Origin: the human T2T-CHM13v2.0 reference genome, Homo sapiens
Strand: one strand, 5' to 3'
Assembly: GCF_009914755.1 (NCBI RefSeq)
Contig: NC_060926.1
DNA length: 64,000 nucleotides
The position numbers and the translations under genes were made by a program. Below the pieces are notes generated by a model that worked only from the letters and a program-made list of their open reading frames with translations, made no database searches and had not been told where the DNA came from. This document shows, in pieces, positions 13,870 to 25,604 of the stretch (position 1 is its first letter; every line of letters starts with the position of its first letter).

Positions 13870-14435
13870 TAAAGCACAGCCTGCCTCCCAGACCTGCTTA
13901 CCAACAACCTCTGATGGGACGTCCACGAGATGGCTGGAAGTCCCCAGCCTGCCTGGCTCACAAGCCCTGCACACCAAGCCCATCTTCAAGGAGACACTTG
14001 TCTACTTCCAGTAGTGGATGATGCACTCTGTGCAGGGCCAACTGTGCACACAGTGCTTCATCCACTACTGGAAGTGTCATGAGCTACTGTTCAGGAGTCC
14101 AGTGCAACCTGGAATTCTGAGGGTGTTAACTGTCCAAGTGGCAAATGGATCAATGGAAACAGGAAATAGGAAGGAGCTAGCTGGGTTATTCCCCCTCCTG
14201 TGTTTCTCCCATGTGCTACCCCAAGACAGAGATATTCGTTGTAATTTTCCTGGACAAGCCTAGGGCTGCCAGTTGTAACTTCAAGGCTTGTGGGGAAGGA
14301 GCAGCAAGGTGATGCATCACTTCACCTGGCATCCCAGATTTCTTTGCCTTTACTTCACTTCTTCCTCTCTTTCCTGGGTTTGCACATCCCAAATAAAGTC
14401 TTAGGTTTTTTTGTCTCAATGGCTCAGGCTAAGAC
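13870..14435 (+). mobile_element. LTR16-family ERVL solo LTR (hosts the miRNA hairpin)
   Basis: 3' terminus ...cccaaataaag...caggctaagaca and internal ggaagtg/ggtgttaac motifs typical of LTR16. The 5' boundary is approximate. Confidence 0.65.
14004..14075 (+). ncRNA. MIR3681: microRNA precursor mir-3681 (5p 14012-14033 UAGUGGAUGAUGCACUCUGUGC; 3p 14048-14069 ACACAGUGCUUCAUCCACUACU)
   Basis: 31-bp inverted arms with 2 mismatches and a 10-nt loop are seen directly. The 5p/3p duplex has 2-nt 3' overhangs at both ends. The sequence matches my recollection of hsa-mir-3681. Confidence 0.9.
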
Positions 14436-14652
14436 AGAAGCCCAACTGTGAAGGCTACTCACGTTCTCACCCTGCTGTATCGTAGAATGGAGCTGAAATA
14501 CAAAATTGAGATTCAACACATTCAGTCCCGACCAGAAACATTTCAAGGAAATCTGTGCTCACAGCAAGATTGAGTGATGGGACACAGCGCTTGAGATTTC
14601 AAGGCAAATGCTTTTTATGTCGTACTCAACATGATTAGCTTCACACGTTACC

Positions 14653-14704
14653 AAAAAAAAAAAAAAAAAAAAAAAAACAAAAACCAAAAAAACCCCACAA
14701 AAAA
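14653..14704 (+). repeat. Poly(A)25 plus A-rich extension
   Basis: Direct reading; no Alu/L1 body upstream. Confidence 0.9.
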
Positions 14705-15149
14705 CTGACTCATAAAACATGTATTGATGTTGCATTTGGGAACAGCTGCAGCCAGCCTGTGTGCAGAAATACACAAAAATGATTATCTTCCTAAAATCAA
14801 TCTTTGCAGTTCTGGAAGAAGACAGAAGACGGAAATAGCTCTTTGTGGAGCTGAGTGACATGTTCTGGCCAGGCATTCTTTGTTAATATAACAGATGAGA
14901 ATTAGACAAATTGGAGCTGGAAAGCGCTCCTGTCATAATGTGGCTGATGGGTCTGTGGAACAGCAGCAGCCACGCCTGCAGGATGTGCTCACTGCTTTCC
15001 TGAGCTCCTTTTAAATAATCCAAGCTGTGACACTTCCCTAAGTGGAAGCTGATCTCTAAATTAGGTGAAATGTTAATATTATGTAGTTTAATCCATCCTT
15101 GAAGTCAGAGAGTTTGCAGAGGGGGTGGCTTGGGAGCCTCCTGATGGAT

Positions 15150-15460
15150 TGTTCATTCATTCTTTCAGGCATTTATTCATTCATGTATTGAATTCAGAAC
15201 TGCCCAGTAGAGCTTTCTGCTGTGATGAAGGGTCCCATAACAGCACTTTCTGATACTGTAGTCGCTAGCCATTTGTGACTACTGAGCACTTGAAATGGGG
15301 GTACAAGATGAATTTTTTATTGTATATGATTTCAGTTAATTTAAATTTGAGTAGTTAAATGTGGCTAGTGGCTACCGTATTGGATGGTGTAGCTAAACAT
15401 TCATTCATTTAAAAATATTTACTGGATATCTACTAAAAGGCCTCTTAGAAGGTGCTTGGT
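15150..15460 (-). mobile_element. L2 3' tail, split by MER3
   Basis: ttcattcatt-type L2 tail repeats on both sides of the MER3. Confidence 0.5.
15195..15392 (+). mobile_element. MER3 (hAT-Charlie)
   Basis: tagagctttctgc...gagcacttgaaatg...atgtggctagtggctaccgtattgga. Confidence 0.85.
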
Positions 15461-16429
15461 AAATATTTTAGGGGAATAGTGGGTACTCAATATATATATT
15501 TTTAGTGACATGAGGAAGGCAAGCTGGGTCCACAAATATTTTTAGTAAAACAGGGACTAAATATTGTAAAACACACATACAATTTTATGAGACTAGATAT
15601 ACATATATCTGATGATAGAATAACTTATTTTATTAATTTATTTTTAATTCTATTGGTTTAAAATGGGCAAGGCAAAGATTAGGTATCTCTTCATGTCAAA
15701 GATATATTTGTGTTGAACCTGGAATGGAATTCCAAGCAGAGAGAACAGAGAAGGATGAGTAAAGGGTCCCAGAAATAGCTCTTTGGTTCATAGTGGATAA
15801 GACAAGAAGGGTCTAGAGGTTACACAAAGAGGCATAAGGATTGTGCACTATTTCCATCCAGGAAATATAAAGGCAAATTTTCAGCATGTTCAGATTAGAA
15901 AATTTATTGTAAGAAAAAAAAAAACACAAGAGAATTTCTGATTAGGATACAGAAGTTGTAATCACAAGTTGTTCATCAATCTTTTGTCATCCCCCAAACA
16001 AACATTGGTGGCTTTTCCAATGGCCTAGATCTACCGACTGAATTATGGCAAGAGAGTCCCAGGCAAAAATCACAGGACCCCTTGTCCTTAGCAGATTGTC
16101 TCAAGCACCACTTACTTAAATGGGTAGAGTCAAGTTCCCCATAAACAGCAAACAGTGATATGGCCTGGTGTTCACATTTGAGGAATTATTATTTTATACT
16201 AGTAGCAGCGATAAGTTTTTGAGTATAAGTAGTGATGATCACATTCTAATTGAGCCACAATTTCAGTTTTTGAAAATGGAAATTGTGGTGTGGGGACAGA
16301 GTTTCTTTATCTTCAAAGGAGAGAAATCTTTGCAAAAGTCAAGTCATAGATGACTATCATCCAGTAACAAGAAAAAGGAAGCAATCTTCCTGAACTTCCC
16401 CTTCTGCCTGCCAATGTTAACAAGAATAG

Positions 16430-16650
16430 CAGGAGAGCCGTGTTTGAGCTCATGGTGACCCTGCACATGACAACCAACGTTGCATTTAACCTTCACAGTC
16501 CCATGAGGTAGATCAGAAAAGTCTGAATTTATGGGTAAAGAAGTCGAGCTCTGCGCAGGCTCACAGCATTTTTTAAGGTTATACCGTGAGTCTGTTTCAG
16601 ACGAAGTGAAGTTGGTCCTACTCCAGATCTGTTTGTTGTCTTCTAAGAGA
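16430..16650 (-). mobile_element. MIR (degenerate)
   Basis: catttaaccttcacagtcccatgaggtag. Confidence 0.55.
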
Positions 16651-17129
16651 TCATGCCTCTCTTAAGCTATCCATTGCCCACAGTCTCAAGTGTCACAGTA
16701 CAACTTCACAAGCTGATGAGTAAGAAAAAAATAAGACAATTATGTAGATGATGATAATGCATGGTGGAGTGTGACGATATCCTTAAAGAAAATGTTTATG
16801 GAATTTAAGTCCAAGCCAGGATGGGGGCACATGTGGTTGAATGGAACAGGGGGCTTCATGGAGCAGGTCAAACGCAGGTGAGATTCGACTGTAGAGTAGA
16901 GGGAGTGTGTGGGTTGCTGGGGAGAGAGGCAGGCAGCCGAAATGACAGAAATACTTACTGAAATATCTGTGTCCCTTTCGGCTGGAGACTGAGAGGGAGA
17001 CTACATCTGTGAATTAAGTGTAACAGAATGCTCTGTGGCTGAAAAGAATCCTCACGTGTACTTAATATATGTTCACTTAGAAGAAGGTAAAACCTGCCAT
17101 TTCATAGCTTACAAATCTCTCTCTATATA

Positions 17130-17135
<6 letters not shown>

Positions 17136-17166
<31 letters not shown>
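17136..17166. repeat. (TG)n microsatellite
   Basis: Direct reading. Confidence 0.95.
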
Positions 17167-17168
<2 letters not shown>

Positions 17169-17383
17169 AATCTACCAAATAATTCAGAATTTAAATCTGG
17201 GCCAGATTAAGTCTTTGTTTCATTCAAAGATATTAATTAAGCGAACTTGGCCGGGCACTGAAGGTAGGCAAAGGAGAAGAATGTGGCTCCTGCAGCCCTG
17301 GAGCTCAGGAATCTGTTTGGAAAGACAAGCGTTGCCTGTGCTGTAAAGAAACACAGACTTACGTAAGAATGGTGCAAGGAAAA

Positions 17384-17555
17384 CAACTGGTTTCAAATAT
17401 GTAAAGAATTTCTGGGGGAGGATGCTGTTCAATTTTCTCTCTCTTGGGAGGATAGAAGAGGAGCGAATGGTTTTACATCGGAGCCAGTGTGTATAGTTAG
17501 TAAGTAGGAAGCCCGATCCTGTTTATCAACTCAGATGTAAACATTGCAAAGGCCA
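17384..17555 (+). repeat. Copy 1 of an old ~170-bp local direct duplication (copy 2 at 19950-20508, split by MSTA)
   Basis: Shared blocks caactggtttcaaa, ggggaggat, gaagagga, ggagccagtgtgt, agtaag, aggcca in the same order. Confidence 0.8.
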
Positions 17556-17579
17556 GAGGTGGTCCTGACATTGCTTGGG

Positions 17580-17890
17580 GATGCTGGAGGGGAGTCCTCA
17601 GAAGGTCACCTGGAGGTGCTTGAAGGATAGGAGGAGTTTGGGAGACTCAAAAATGAATGGTAGGACGGAGAGAGATCGTTGTCCAGACAGATGGAATAGC
17701 ATGTGTGAAGGCGCTAGTGCCGAGAATCACTTTAGGTTCTTGGCCTTCTTCAACAATGGAAAGGAGGCCCCTGGTGCTGAAGTGTGAGGATAGCAAAGCA
17801 GACAGCAGCAGGAGGAGAGGCTGGAGAATGTCCAAAGGCCAGAGTGCTCACAGCTTTACTGGGAGGAGAGAAGATTTTCCCCTGAGCACC
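17580..17890 (-). mobile_element. L2 fragment
   Basis: cttgaaggataggaggagtt...ccagacagatggaatagcatgtgtgaaggc. Confidence 0.7.
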
Positions 17891-18595
17891 ATGAATCTAT
17901 CTGTTCTACAAATGCAAAGCAAATGCCGCCTATTCTCAGGAAAACTAAAATCATCTTGAACCCTAACACAGGAAAAAGAAATATTCCAAAAGTTGCAATG
18001 AAGTTTGCAGAGAATAAAGTTCCCTAAAAACACACAGAATTTGCAAACTGTAAACCTAGCTCCTCAATGTATGCATCAGAATTCAGGTCAATTTTGATTT
18101 GCTCTTGGAGAGAGTAAGCCTCTGCATGTTTTTGTTCATGCATTTGCTTATCGGAGCCTGAGTACCAGGAGCCACATGGCTAAAGGCGAAGCATGCATGG
18201 CTGCTTTCCATTTACTTCTAGCTGGAGACCATGTAAAAGGACAGAATCAGAGTTTTTCCTGCTGCACGGTTGATGTCCTGCTCACAGTATTCAAGACTAA
18301 GTAACCTCAAATGTACTGGAGTTCAAACATTTTGCTCCGATGAAATTTTATTTTCCTTTTTGGACTATAATTCAGGACCACATTCTTGTGGGTGATAATG
18401 GGGTTCCCCCAAAGAGGAAGTAGATATTTCCATTATCAATCCTGCTGGAATAGGGGATAAGAAATTAGGATGGTGGGGGGCAATGTTGGACAGAGAAGAC
18501 AAAGCTCTTTTCTCTTTGAGGTCACATGAGAGTTAGGCATGAGAACTCTCATGAGAGACAAAGCAGCTTGCTCCCTGTTATATGAAGGCTGATAA

Positions 18596-18747
18596 GGATC
18601 ACAGAGAGTCAGGCCAGGATCACAGAGAGAGAGAGGCCAGGATCTCAGAGCAAAAGTCCCATCAGAACCACAGAGGATCAGGCCAGAATTGCAGAGGGAG
18701 AGGCTGGCCAGAAGTACAATGAGGATGCCAGGATCGCAGAGAGGCCA
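18596..18747 (+). repeat. Degenerate minisatellite, ~7 units of 17-25 bp (consensus approx. GGATCACAGAGAG..GGCCA)
   Basis: Units read directly, e.g. ggatcacagagagtcaggcca / ggatcacagagagagagaggcca / ggatcgcagagaggcca. Confidence 0.75.
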
Positions 18748-19269
18748 CACTGCATGGGATGGAGAGATGGTGGATCTGAGTTTGTGGACACTGAACGTTA
18801 TGAGATATTTTAACCGTTGCAACTTATCCTCTGTGTTGTTCTTTTATTCTGTTTTCTGGGTAGTGTATTGCCTGCATAAGGGAAAAGCGTGGGGGCTGGA
18901 AATGCAGCTGAGCAGAAAACCTTGGAGCACTTGTTTCTCATCTCACATGAAGTAGGGGAGTTAATGGGAACCTGGGTGTGGGAGGGGCTGAAGGATGGGG
19001 ATCTTGCTTTGTAATGTGAGAATGTAACAAGAACGTGACCTTCTACTGTTTTCCTAGGTTGGAGGGGACCGGCCAAACCCCAAGGAAAGTGGAGAGAAGA
19101 AAGGCATGGAGGGGTTCTGTGGAGGGTGTGGAAAGGGAGGATGTGTAAATCCCAGCGTGGGTTTGGAGAACCTAAGTAGGTTGGCTTCCCTGGGGTTTAA
19201 ATCACAGAGGTGTTGGGAGGTGAGCCCAAAATGGAAATAGGCCGCATCTTGAAGAATCCCACGTGCGGT

Positions 19270-19530
19270 GCTGAGAAGTTTGCATATGGAACAATGGACT
19301 AATTTTAAACAGGGGAATGGCATAGTCAGATTTGGATTTCCAACAGATTGCTCCAGTTTCAGTGGAGAGAATGAAGCAGAGGCGGGATCTTTGGTGGCAA
19401 CTGTGCAGGTGCAAGGCGAGGAAAGTGCAGCCTAGGTGAGTGAGAGTAAAGCTAGGGAGGAAGAGTTGGATATCTGATATGGCAGGAGTGGAACCATAGA
19501 AACTGGAGATGCGTTGGGTCGATGGATAGA
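19270..19530 (-). mobile_element. L2 fragment
   Basis: ttttaaacaggggaatggcatagtcagatttggattt...cagtggagagaatga. Confidence 0.7.
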
Positions 19531-19991
19531 GGTTTGAGTTTCCCAGTTAATGGACGTACTTCTTTGCAGCCATTCTGAGCAACCAGCATTATCTATCTCA
19601 AAAGGATGAACAAATGTTTCTCCCAGTCAAATTGTCTAACTTCCTAGTTAGTGTGAGTTTATATCTAGGTTGTTCAAATATTCATCTAGCAATTATTAGA
19701 ATAAAAGGACCAAATTCCCTTTCCTGTTTCAAAAGAGAATGCGTAGGCATTGCAGCAGATCCATGGAGATGTGACAAGAGAGCTACATTAGGTGAAGAAG
19801 GGAGGGTTTCTGCTAAGCCTTAGGGAGTAGGGATCACATAGTGAATAATGGTCCAAGAGGCAAAAGGACTGAAAGCCAGCTAATTGGAATGTTTAAGACT
19901 CAAGTTCATAGTTACATTTAGATGTTTTCCATCATAAAGCCATAGGAAGCAACTGGTTTCAAACATGTAAGGTGTTCCTTGGGGAGGATAT

Positions 19992-20374
19992 TGATATGGT
20001 TTGGCTCCATGTCCCCATCCAAATCTCATGTTGAATTGTAATTCCCAGTGTTGGAGGATGGGTCTGGTGGGAGGTGATTCGATCATGGGGGTGAACTTCC
20101 CCCTTGCTGTTCTCACGATAGTGAGTGAGTTCTCATAAGATCTGGTTGTGTAAAAGTGTGTAGCATCTTCCCCTTTGCTCTCTTCCTCCTCCTCCAGCCA
20201 TGTAGGACGTGCCTGCTTCCCCTTCCCCTTTTGCCATGATTGTAAGTTTCCTGAGGCCTCTCCAGTCATGTTTCCTGTACAACCTACAGAACTGTGAGCC
20301 AATTAAACCTCTTTTCTTTATAAATTACCCAATCTCAAGTAGTTCTTTATAACAATTGAGAATGGACTAATACA
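19992..20374 (+). mobile_element. MSTA MaLR solo LTR
   Basis: tgatatggtttggct...aatggactaataca; 5-bp TSD gatat/gatac. Confidence 0.93.
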
Positions 20375-20533
20375 GATACTGTCCAATTTTTTTTTTCTCT
20401 AGAGAGGGTGGAAGAGGAATGAATGCTGTTGCATTGGAGCCAGTGTGTGTGGTCAGTAAGGGGAGGATGAATCTCATCATCAGCTCTGATTAAATCCTGC
20501 AGAGGCCATAGGGGAGGATGATGTTGAGACTGA

Positions 20534-20992
<459 letters not shown>

Positions 20993-21511
20993 AAGGATCC
21001 TTTTATATTTGCTAAAAAGTAAAGCCAAAGCATCTTTAGGAGGAGAAATTGTATCTTGGCTCCAATTAAAAGTTATCAGCATATATATAATACTATAGTA
21101 TTTGCAATGCTCCTTATCCTTTTGAAGAAATAGTCATTTGACACCAGTGAACATTAATGACCTGAAGAAAAAACATCTTAAGTTTAGGTCTTGTTAATTT
21201 ATAATTTGTAATTATCTGAAGTAAAGTAGATCTAGAAATTACATTTGCACCATCTTATGGAAAAAGCAAGGACTTGATGTAGTTGTGGAAACAGGTCTGC
21301 TGAAAGGTAGTTCACTTTTATCAAGTGCACTTTTAAATTATTCATAATAAACCTATAAATATAATATCCATCTCTTGCGCTGCCCTGGGATGCATGTGTA
21401 CTTTCTGTAAGCTGCCTTGACCCTTTTCCTCCATGTATTGGGAAACATTAACCTCCACCTTCTCCCATTACTTTCTGCACTTCTAATGCAGAGGTTGTCA
21501 CATGACGTTAG

Positions 21512-21929
21512 TGACATAGTTTGTCTATGATTTGTTGCCACCCAAATCTCATGTGAATTGTAATCCTCATTGCTGGAGGTGGAACCTGGTGGGAGGTGTT
21601 TTTTTGGATCATGGGGGTGGATTCCTCATGGCTTGGTGCTGTCTTTACGACAGTGAGTTCTCATGAGATCTGGTCATTTAAAAGTGTGTGGCACCTACTC
21701 CCCAGCACTCTTTCTCTCTTGCTGCTGCTTTCACCATGTGACATGCCTGCTCCTGCTTCATCTTCTGCCATGATTGGAAGCTCCCTGAGGCCTCCCTAGA
21801 AGCTGGGCAGATGCTGGCTTCATGCCTCCTCTACAGCCTGCAGAACTGTGAGCCAATTAAACACCTTTACTTTATCAATTACCCAGCCTCAGGTATTTCT
21901 TTACAGCAATGCAAGAACGGCCTAACACA
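21512..21929 (+). mobile_element. MSTB MaLR solo LTR
   Basis: tgacatagtttg...cagatgctgg...ggcctaacaca; TSD gttag/attag. Confidence 0.9.
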
Positions 21930-21934
21930 ATTAG

Positions 21935-22080
21935 TAAGCTGTGTTTATGGGCCTGTCTCCCCATTAGATCCAGAGCTCCAGGATATCATGGGGCAGGACT
22001 TAGTACTCTCTCTATTACTGGCTTCAGGCCTAGTATCTTACATAAATTAGAAGTTCAGTCATTACATGTTGGATAGAAAA
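21935..22080 (+). mobile_element. L2 3' fragment
   Basis: ctgtctccccattagat..gagctcc...ggggcaggact. Confidence 0.55.
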
Positions 22081-22145
22081 GTCGTTCTAAAAAATTGTTA
22101 ATGATGAATTGTAGTATTATTCTTCTATCTAACTGAAGGCAAAAT

Positions 22146-22615
22146 AACTCTACAGCAGAGTACTACAAACTGAAATGCTGTGTGTATATATAATGCATAT
22201 ATATGTATATGTGTGTGTGTGTGTGTATATATATACACACACATATATTATATATATACACACACTCACACATATATGGTGGCCAGGGTGAAAAACAAGA
22301 AAGGTTTATGTGGCCATGTGGCCCATGGTCCAGCCGAGGAAGGCATACCTTCCCTAAAGACCTTCTTAATTAAAAGACAAAGGAAGAATGAAAGCAAAGC
22401 ATTAAGGCATCCATGAGCCACCTTGTGCATTCAAATTATATAAGAATGCAAGCTCCATGAGGCAGGCATTTGGTTTATTTTATTCACTGCTGTATCATTA
22501 GAACTTATAAGAAGTATTTCCTGTATGAATGATTGAAAGAATCAAGTGACTGAGTCAAATAAGACGTGTCTGTGGCTTGATTCAGCCCCTGGGAAAGCCA
22601 ATGTATGACTTGTTT
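22146..22615 (-). mobile_element. Probable MER102-like hAT-Charlie remnant, interrupted by a microsatellite and an L2 3' piece (22438-22545, +)
   Basis: Termini cagagtactacaaactgaaatgc and gacgtgtctgtggcttgattcagccc resemble MER102 ends; L2 end agaatgcaagctccatgaggcagg. Confidence 0.4.
22179..22276. repeat. Compound (TG)/(TA)/(CA) microsatellite
   Basis: Direct reading. Confidence 0.9.
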
Positions 22616-23079
22616 TAGAAAGCATCCTCTAATTCATCCTTTTCCCTAATTTGGACTGGCTTTATTCTTCTTCAATCTCTATCTCCATTAAAATCACAGA
22701 ATTTTAGCACCAAGTAGGCCTCTGAAATTATTTCAATTAGTATCACTTGTTTCTGTTGGTCTTGGCTTGGCTCTATAACTTCTGATAATATTTGTTTCTT
22801 AAAAAGAAACCAACAAACCAAACAAAAAGTAGCCATGGAACCCTTTTAATGGGTTATTCCGGGAGTCATAGAGCTTCTTTGAAACTCTGGGGCCTTTGCT
22901 TTTTTAGCAGTGGGACGTTGAAAGACTACAGACTCTAAAACATTGATATTTACACTATTAAGTGGATGAATTAACTGAGTTTTCTGGTGTGGCATAGATT
23001 TAGTTTCAGTGTGGGTGGCACATTATTGTCAAAGCAGATTTCCATTCAATGTAACAATAAAAATACCCTGAGAGTTAAG

Positions 23080-23335
23080 CAAGATTGGATAATTGATAAT
23101 ATTAAGTAAATATTTTTAGGTGTGATGACAGTATTGTGGTTATGTTTTTAAAATATCTTGTCTCTTAATTATACATATTTAATTATTATAGGTGATATGA
23201 CACTGGTGATATGGCTTGGTATTTACTTTCAAATAATCGAAGAAAAAATGGAAGTGGTGGAGTTAGTCCATTAATTAATCCATTCTCTCTACTTGCATAT
23301 GTATTTAAATTTTTCCACTTTCAAAAAAGTAAAAA
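23080..23335 (+). mobile_element. L1ME-type 3' end fragment
   Basis: tttttaggtgtgatgacagtattgtggttatgttttta...ctctctactt..atatgtatttaaatttttcca. Confidence 0.7.
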
Positions 23336-23419
23336 CATCCAGAACAATATATTCAGATGCACCACTAGTGATCAGATTGTCAATTGGATCTATGTCTTAG
23401 CTTAGCTGCTGATTTCTAT

Positions 23420-23580
23420 TATGAATCCTAATGATTCAGCAAGAATATGAGGTCATCATATTTAGCATCCTTACTTTATGGGGGTAAGAACTTGAGCTCA
23501 GAGACGTTAAGTATTTGTTCAAGGTTATGTTGGTTAGTCTCCCAGGTTTGTGACCATGAGTTGAGGTCTGGAGTTGAGTA
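23420..23580 (-). mobile_element. MIR fragment
   Basis: tgagctcagagacgttaagtatttgttcaaggtta. Confidence 0.65.
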
Positions 23581-23957
23581 GGAAGAGAATGTACTGAACC
23601 TAGCCTAGAAAACCTAGTTGAGTACCTGAGGCAAAGTAGAGCCAGCACATTTCTAGAGAGGAAAGGAGACAGTGAAAATGTTGCCATAGGAAGATGATCT
23701 AATATGCAGACCAGACATCAGCTGGGGAATCTGCCTCAGGCTTTATAGTTCTTCAGATCCAAGTCCCATTGACCTCTGATTCCAGAAGTAGCTGTGAATG
23801 TGGAAAGGAAGAACCTAGGAGACGGAGCAAGAACCCCCTCTTAGGAGCCTGTGCACCCCTCTCCCCCTGCCCCAAGCATAAAAATTAAGGAAATTCTTAA
23901 GTTCCTTCAAGGGTAATTTCAGAAACCTAGCTAGTCTTGAGAAGCAAATAAGTAACT

Positions 23958-24733
23958 TGTGGTGTTATGATATATGTTGGTTTTCGTCCACGGTTCCTGG
24001 CTCATAACTCCCATTGCTGTTGTTACAGTCTTTTATTATAATGGTGGGTGTTAGGCCTTAGGAAACAGAATCTCTCTGGCTTTCTCCTGCATTCCTTTCA
24101 CCTGTACCAAGGCAGGACTCTAATCATCCTCTACCTTTCTAATTGTGGGTATTAAGACCCTCTGCAGAGAAGGTCCTGCCCTATATTCTGGAGGAAGGAA
24201 TGCCGATGTGACAAAGCTTCCATAAAAACCCAAGAGCATTGGGTTCAGAGAGCTTCAGGACAGCTGAACACCTGGAAGTCCCTGGAGGGCAGCACCCGGG
24301 GAGGGCATGGAAGCTCCATACCCTGTTTCCTATACCTCGCCCTACGCATTTCTTCATCTGTCTCCTTTGTAATATGCTTTATAGTGTGTTGCCCTGAGTT
24401 CTGTGAGGCACTCTAGCAAATCAATTGAATCCAAAGAGGGGGTCCTGGGAACCTTAACTTGAAGCCAGTTGATCAGAAGCAAGTTCTGGAGGCCGGCACT
24501 TGCAACTGGTTTGTGTGTCAGGGGTTAGTCTTGGGGACTGAGAGCCCAACCTGTGGGATCTGACACTATCTCCAGGTAGAGTATGGGAACTGAATTGGAG
24601 GACACCCAGTTGGTGTCTGCAGCTTGGTGAGTGGGGAAAACTCCCACACATTTGGTCACAGAAGTCTTCTGTGTTGATGATGGTTGTTCTGGTGGTATGA
24701 GATGGAGGAAAAAGTTAGAGTTTTCCCTACAAA
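23958..24733 (+). mobile_element. MER21A LTR nested in MER39
   Basis: tgtggtgttatgatatat...ggttcctggctcataactccc; tgtgggatctgacactatctccaggtaga; 5-bp TSD taact/tatct. Confidence 0.85.
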
Positions 24734-24836
24734 TATCTTGATAAGCAAGAAGGTAATAGAAGCTTAAAACAATAAGCAAGGAAGTTATAGTCAGAGATAT
24801 TTGATTCCCCTGTGGAAACTAAAGATAACCTCTAAA

Positions 24837-25604
24837 TGTCACAGTAAGTAGCTGGTCGGACATGAGAGGTTGGGAGAGAGCTCCCCCGACTCCCACCAGG
24901 AACGTCCAGCAAACATTAGGTGATGGTCAGGAAGTTGTTAAGCTCTCCCTCTAAAATAATAATTGGTTGCAGCCAGCACCAAGGAAAGGCAGTCTCTCAA
25001 CAGACAGAAAAACCTGAAGCTGGTGATCAGCTTTCTGATAAGATCTCAGGAGGTGGGTAAGTGGGCTTGAGCATGAGCACTAAGAGGCAAAATGGCAGCA
25101 TTTAACTGATATATGACCTTCTAGGGACATTGTAAGGGAAGACCGCCTTCTAGGGACATTGGTAAGGGGAGAATGCCTCAAATGAGCATGTGTACAGCTC
25201 CAGTAAACACTGCACATGCGGCCCCTCCCAAGTGCTGGCAGGCCACTGTACATGCGGGCAGCCCGCTTCAAGGGAAGAATCAGGGGAGAAGGGACGCAAG
25301 TCCCCAGCAAGCCAACATATAAAACCCTATGCAAGTCAAAGGTCAAACCCTGCACTTGATCTCTCAAGTCACCCGCCTGGGCCTCTTCCAAGTACACTTT
25401 CCTTCTTTCTGTTCCAGCTCTAAGGCTTTTTAATAAACTTTCACTCCTGCTCTAAATCTTGCCTTAGTCTCCCTCTGCCTTATGTTCCTCGGTTAAATGC
25501 TTTCTTCTTAGGAGGCAAGAACTGAGGTTGCTGCAGACCCGTAGGATTCGCCGCCACTAACATTCTTTGGTGCCACGTGACTGGGATACGCTCCACTGCT
25601 AACA
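24837..25604 (+). mobile_element. MER50 ERV1 LTR nested in MER39
   Basis: tgtcacagtaagtagc...taagaggcaaaatggc...gaggttgctgcagacccgta...ctaaca. Confidence 0.85.

Noticed and set aside
14600-14704. Processed pseudogene or retrocopy ending at the A25 tract
   Set aside because: No poly(A) signal, TSD or recognisable mRNA/small RNA body upstream.
18596-18747. CRISPR-like array
   Set aside because: Mammalian DNA; the units are adjacent and degenerate with no unique spacers, and there are no cas genes.
18436-18822. 128-aa ORF with LCDPG repeats
   Set aside because: The periodicity comes from the degenerate minisatellite; no evidence of coding constraint.
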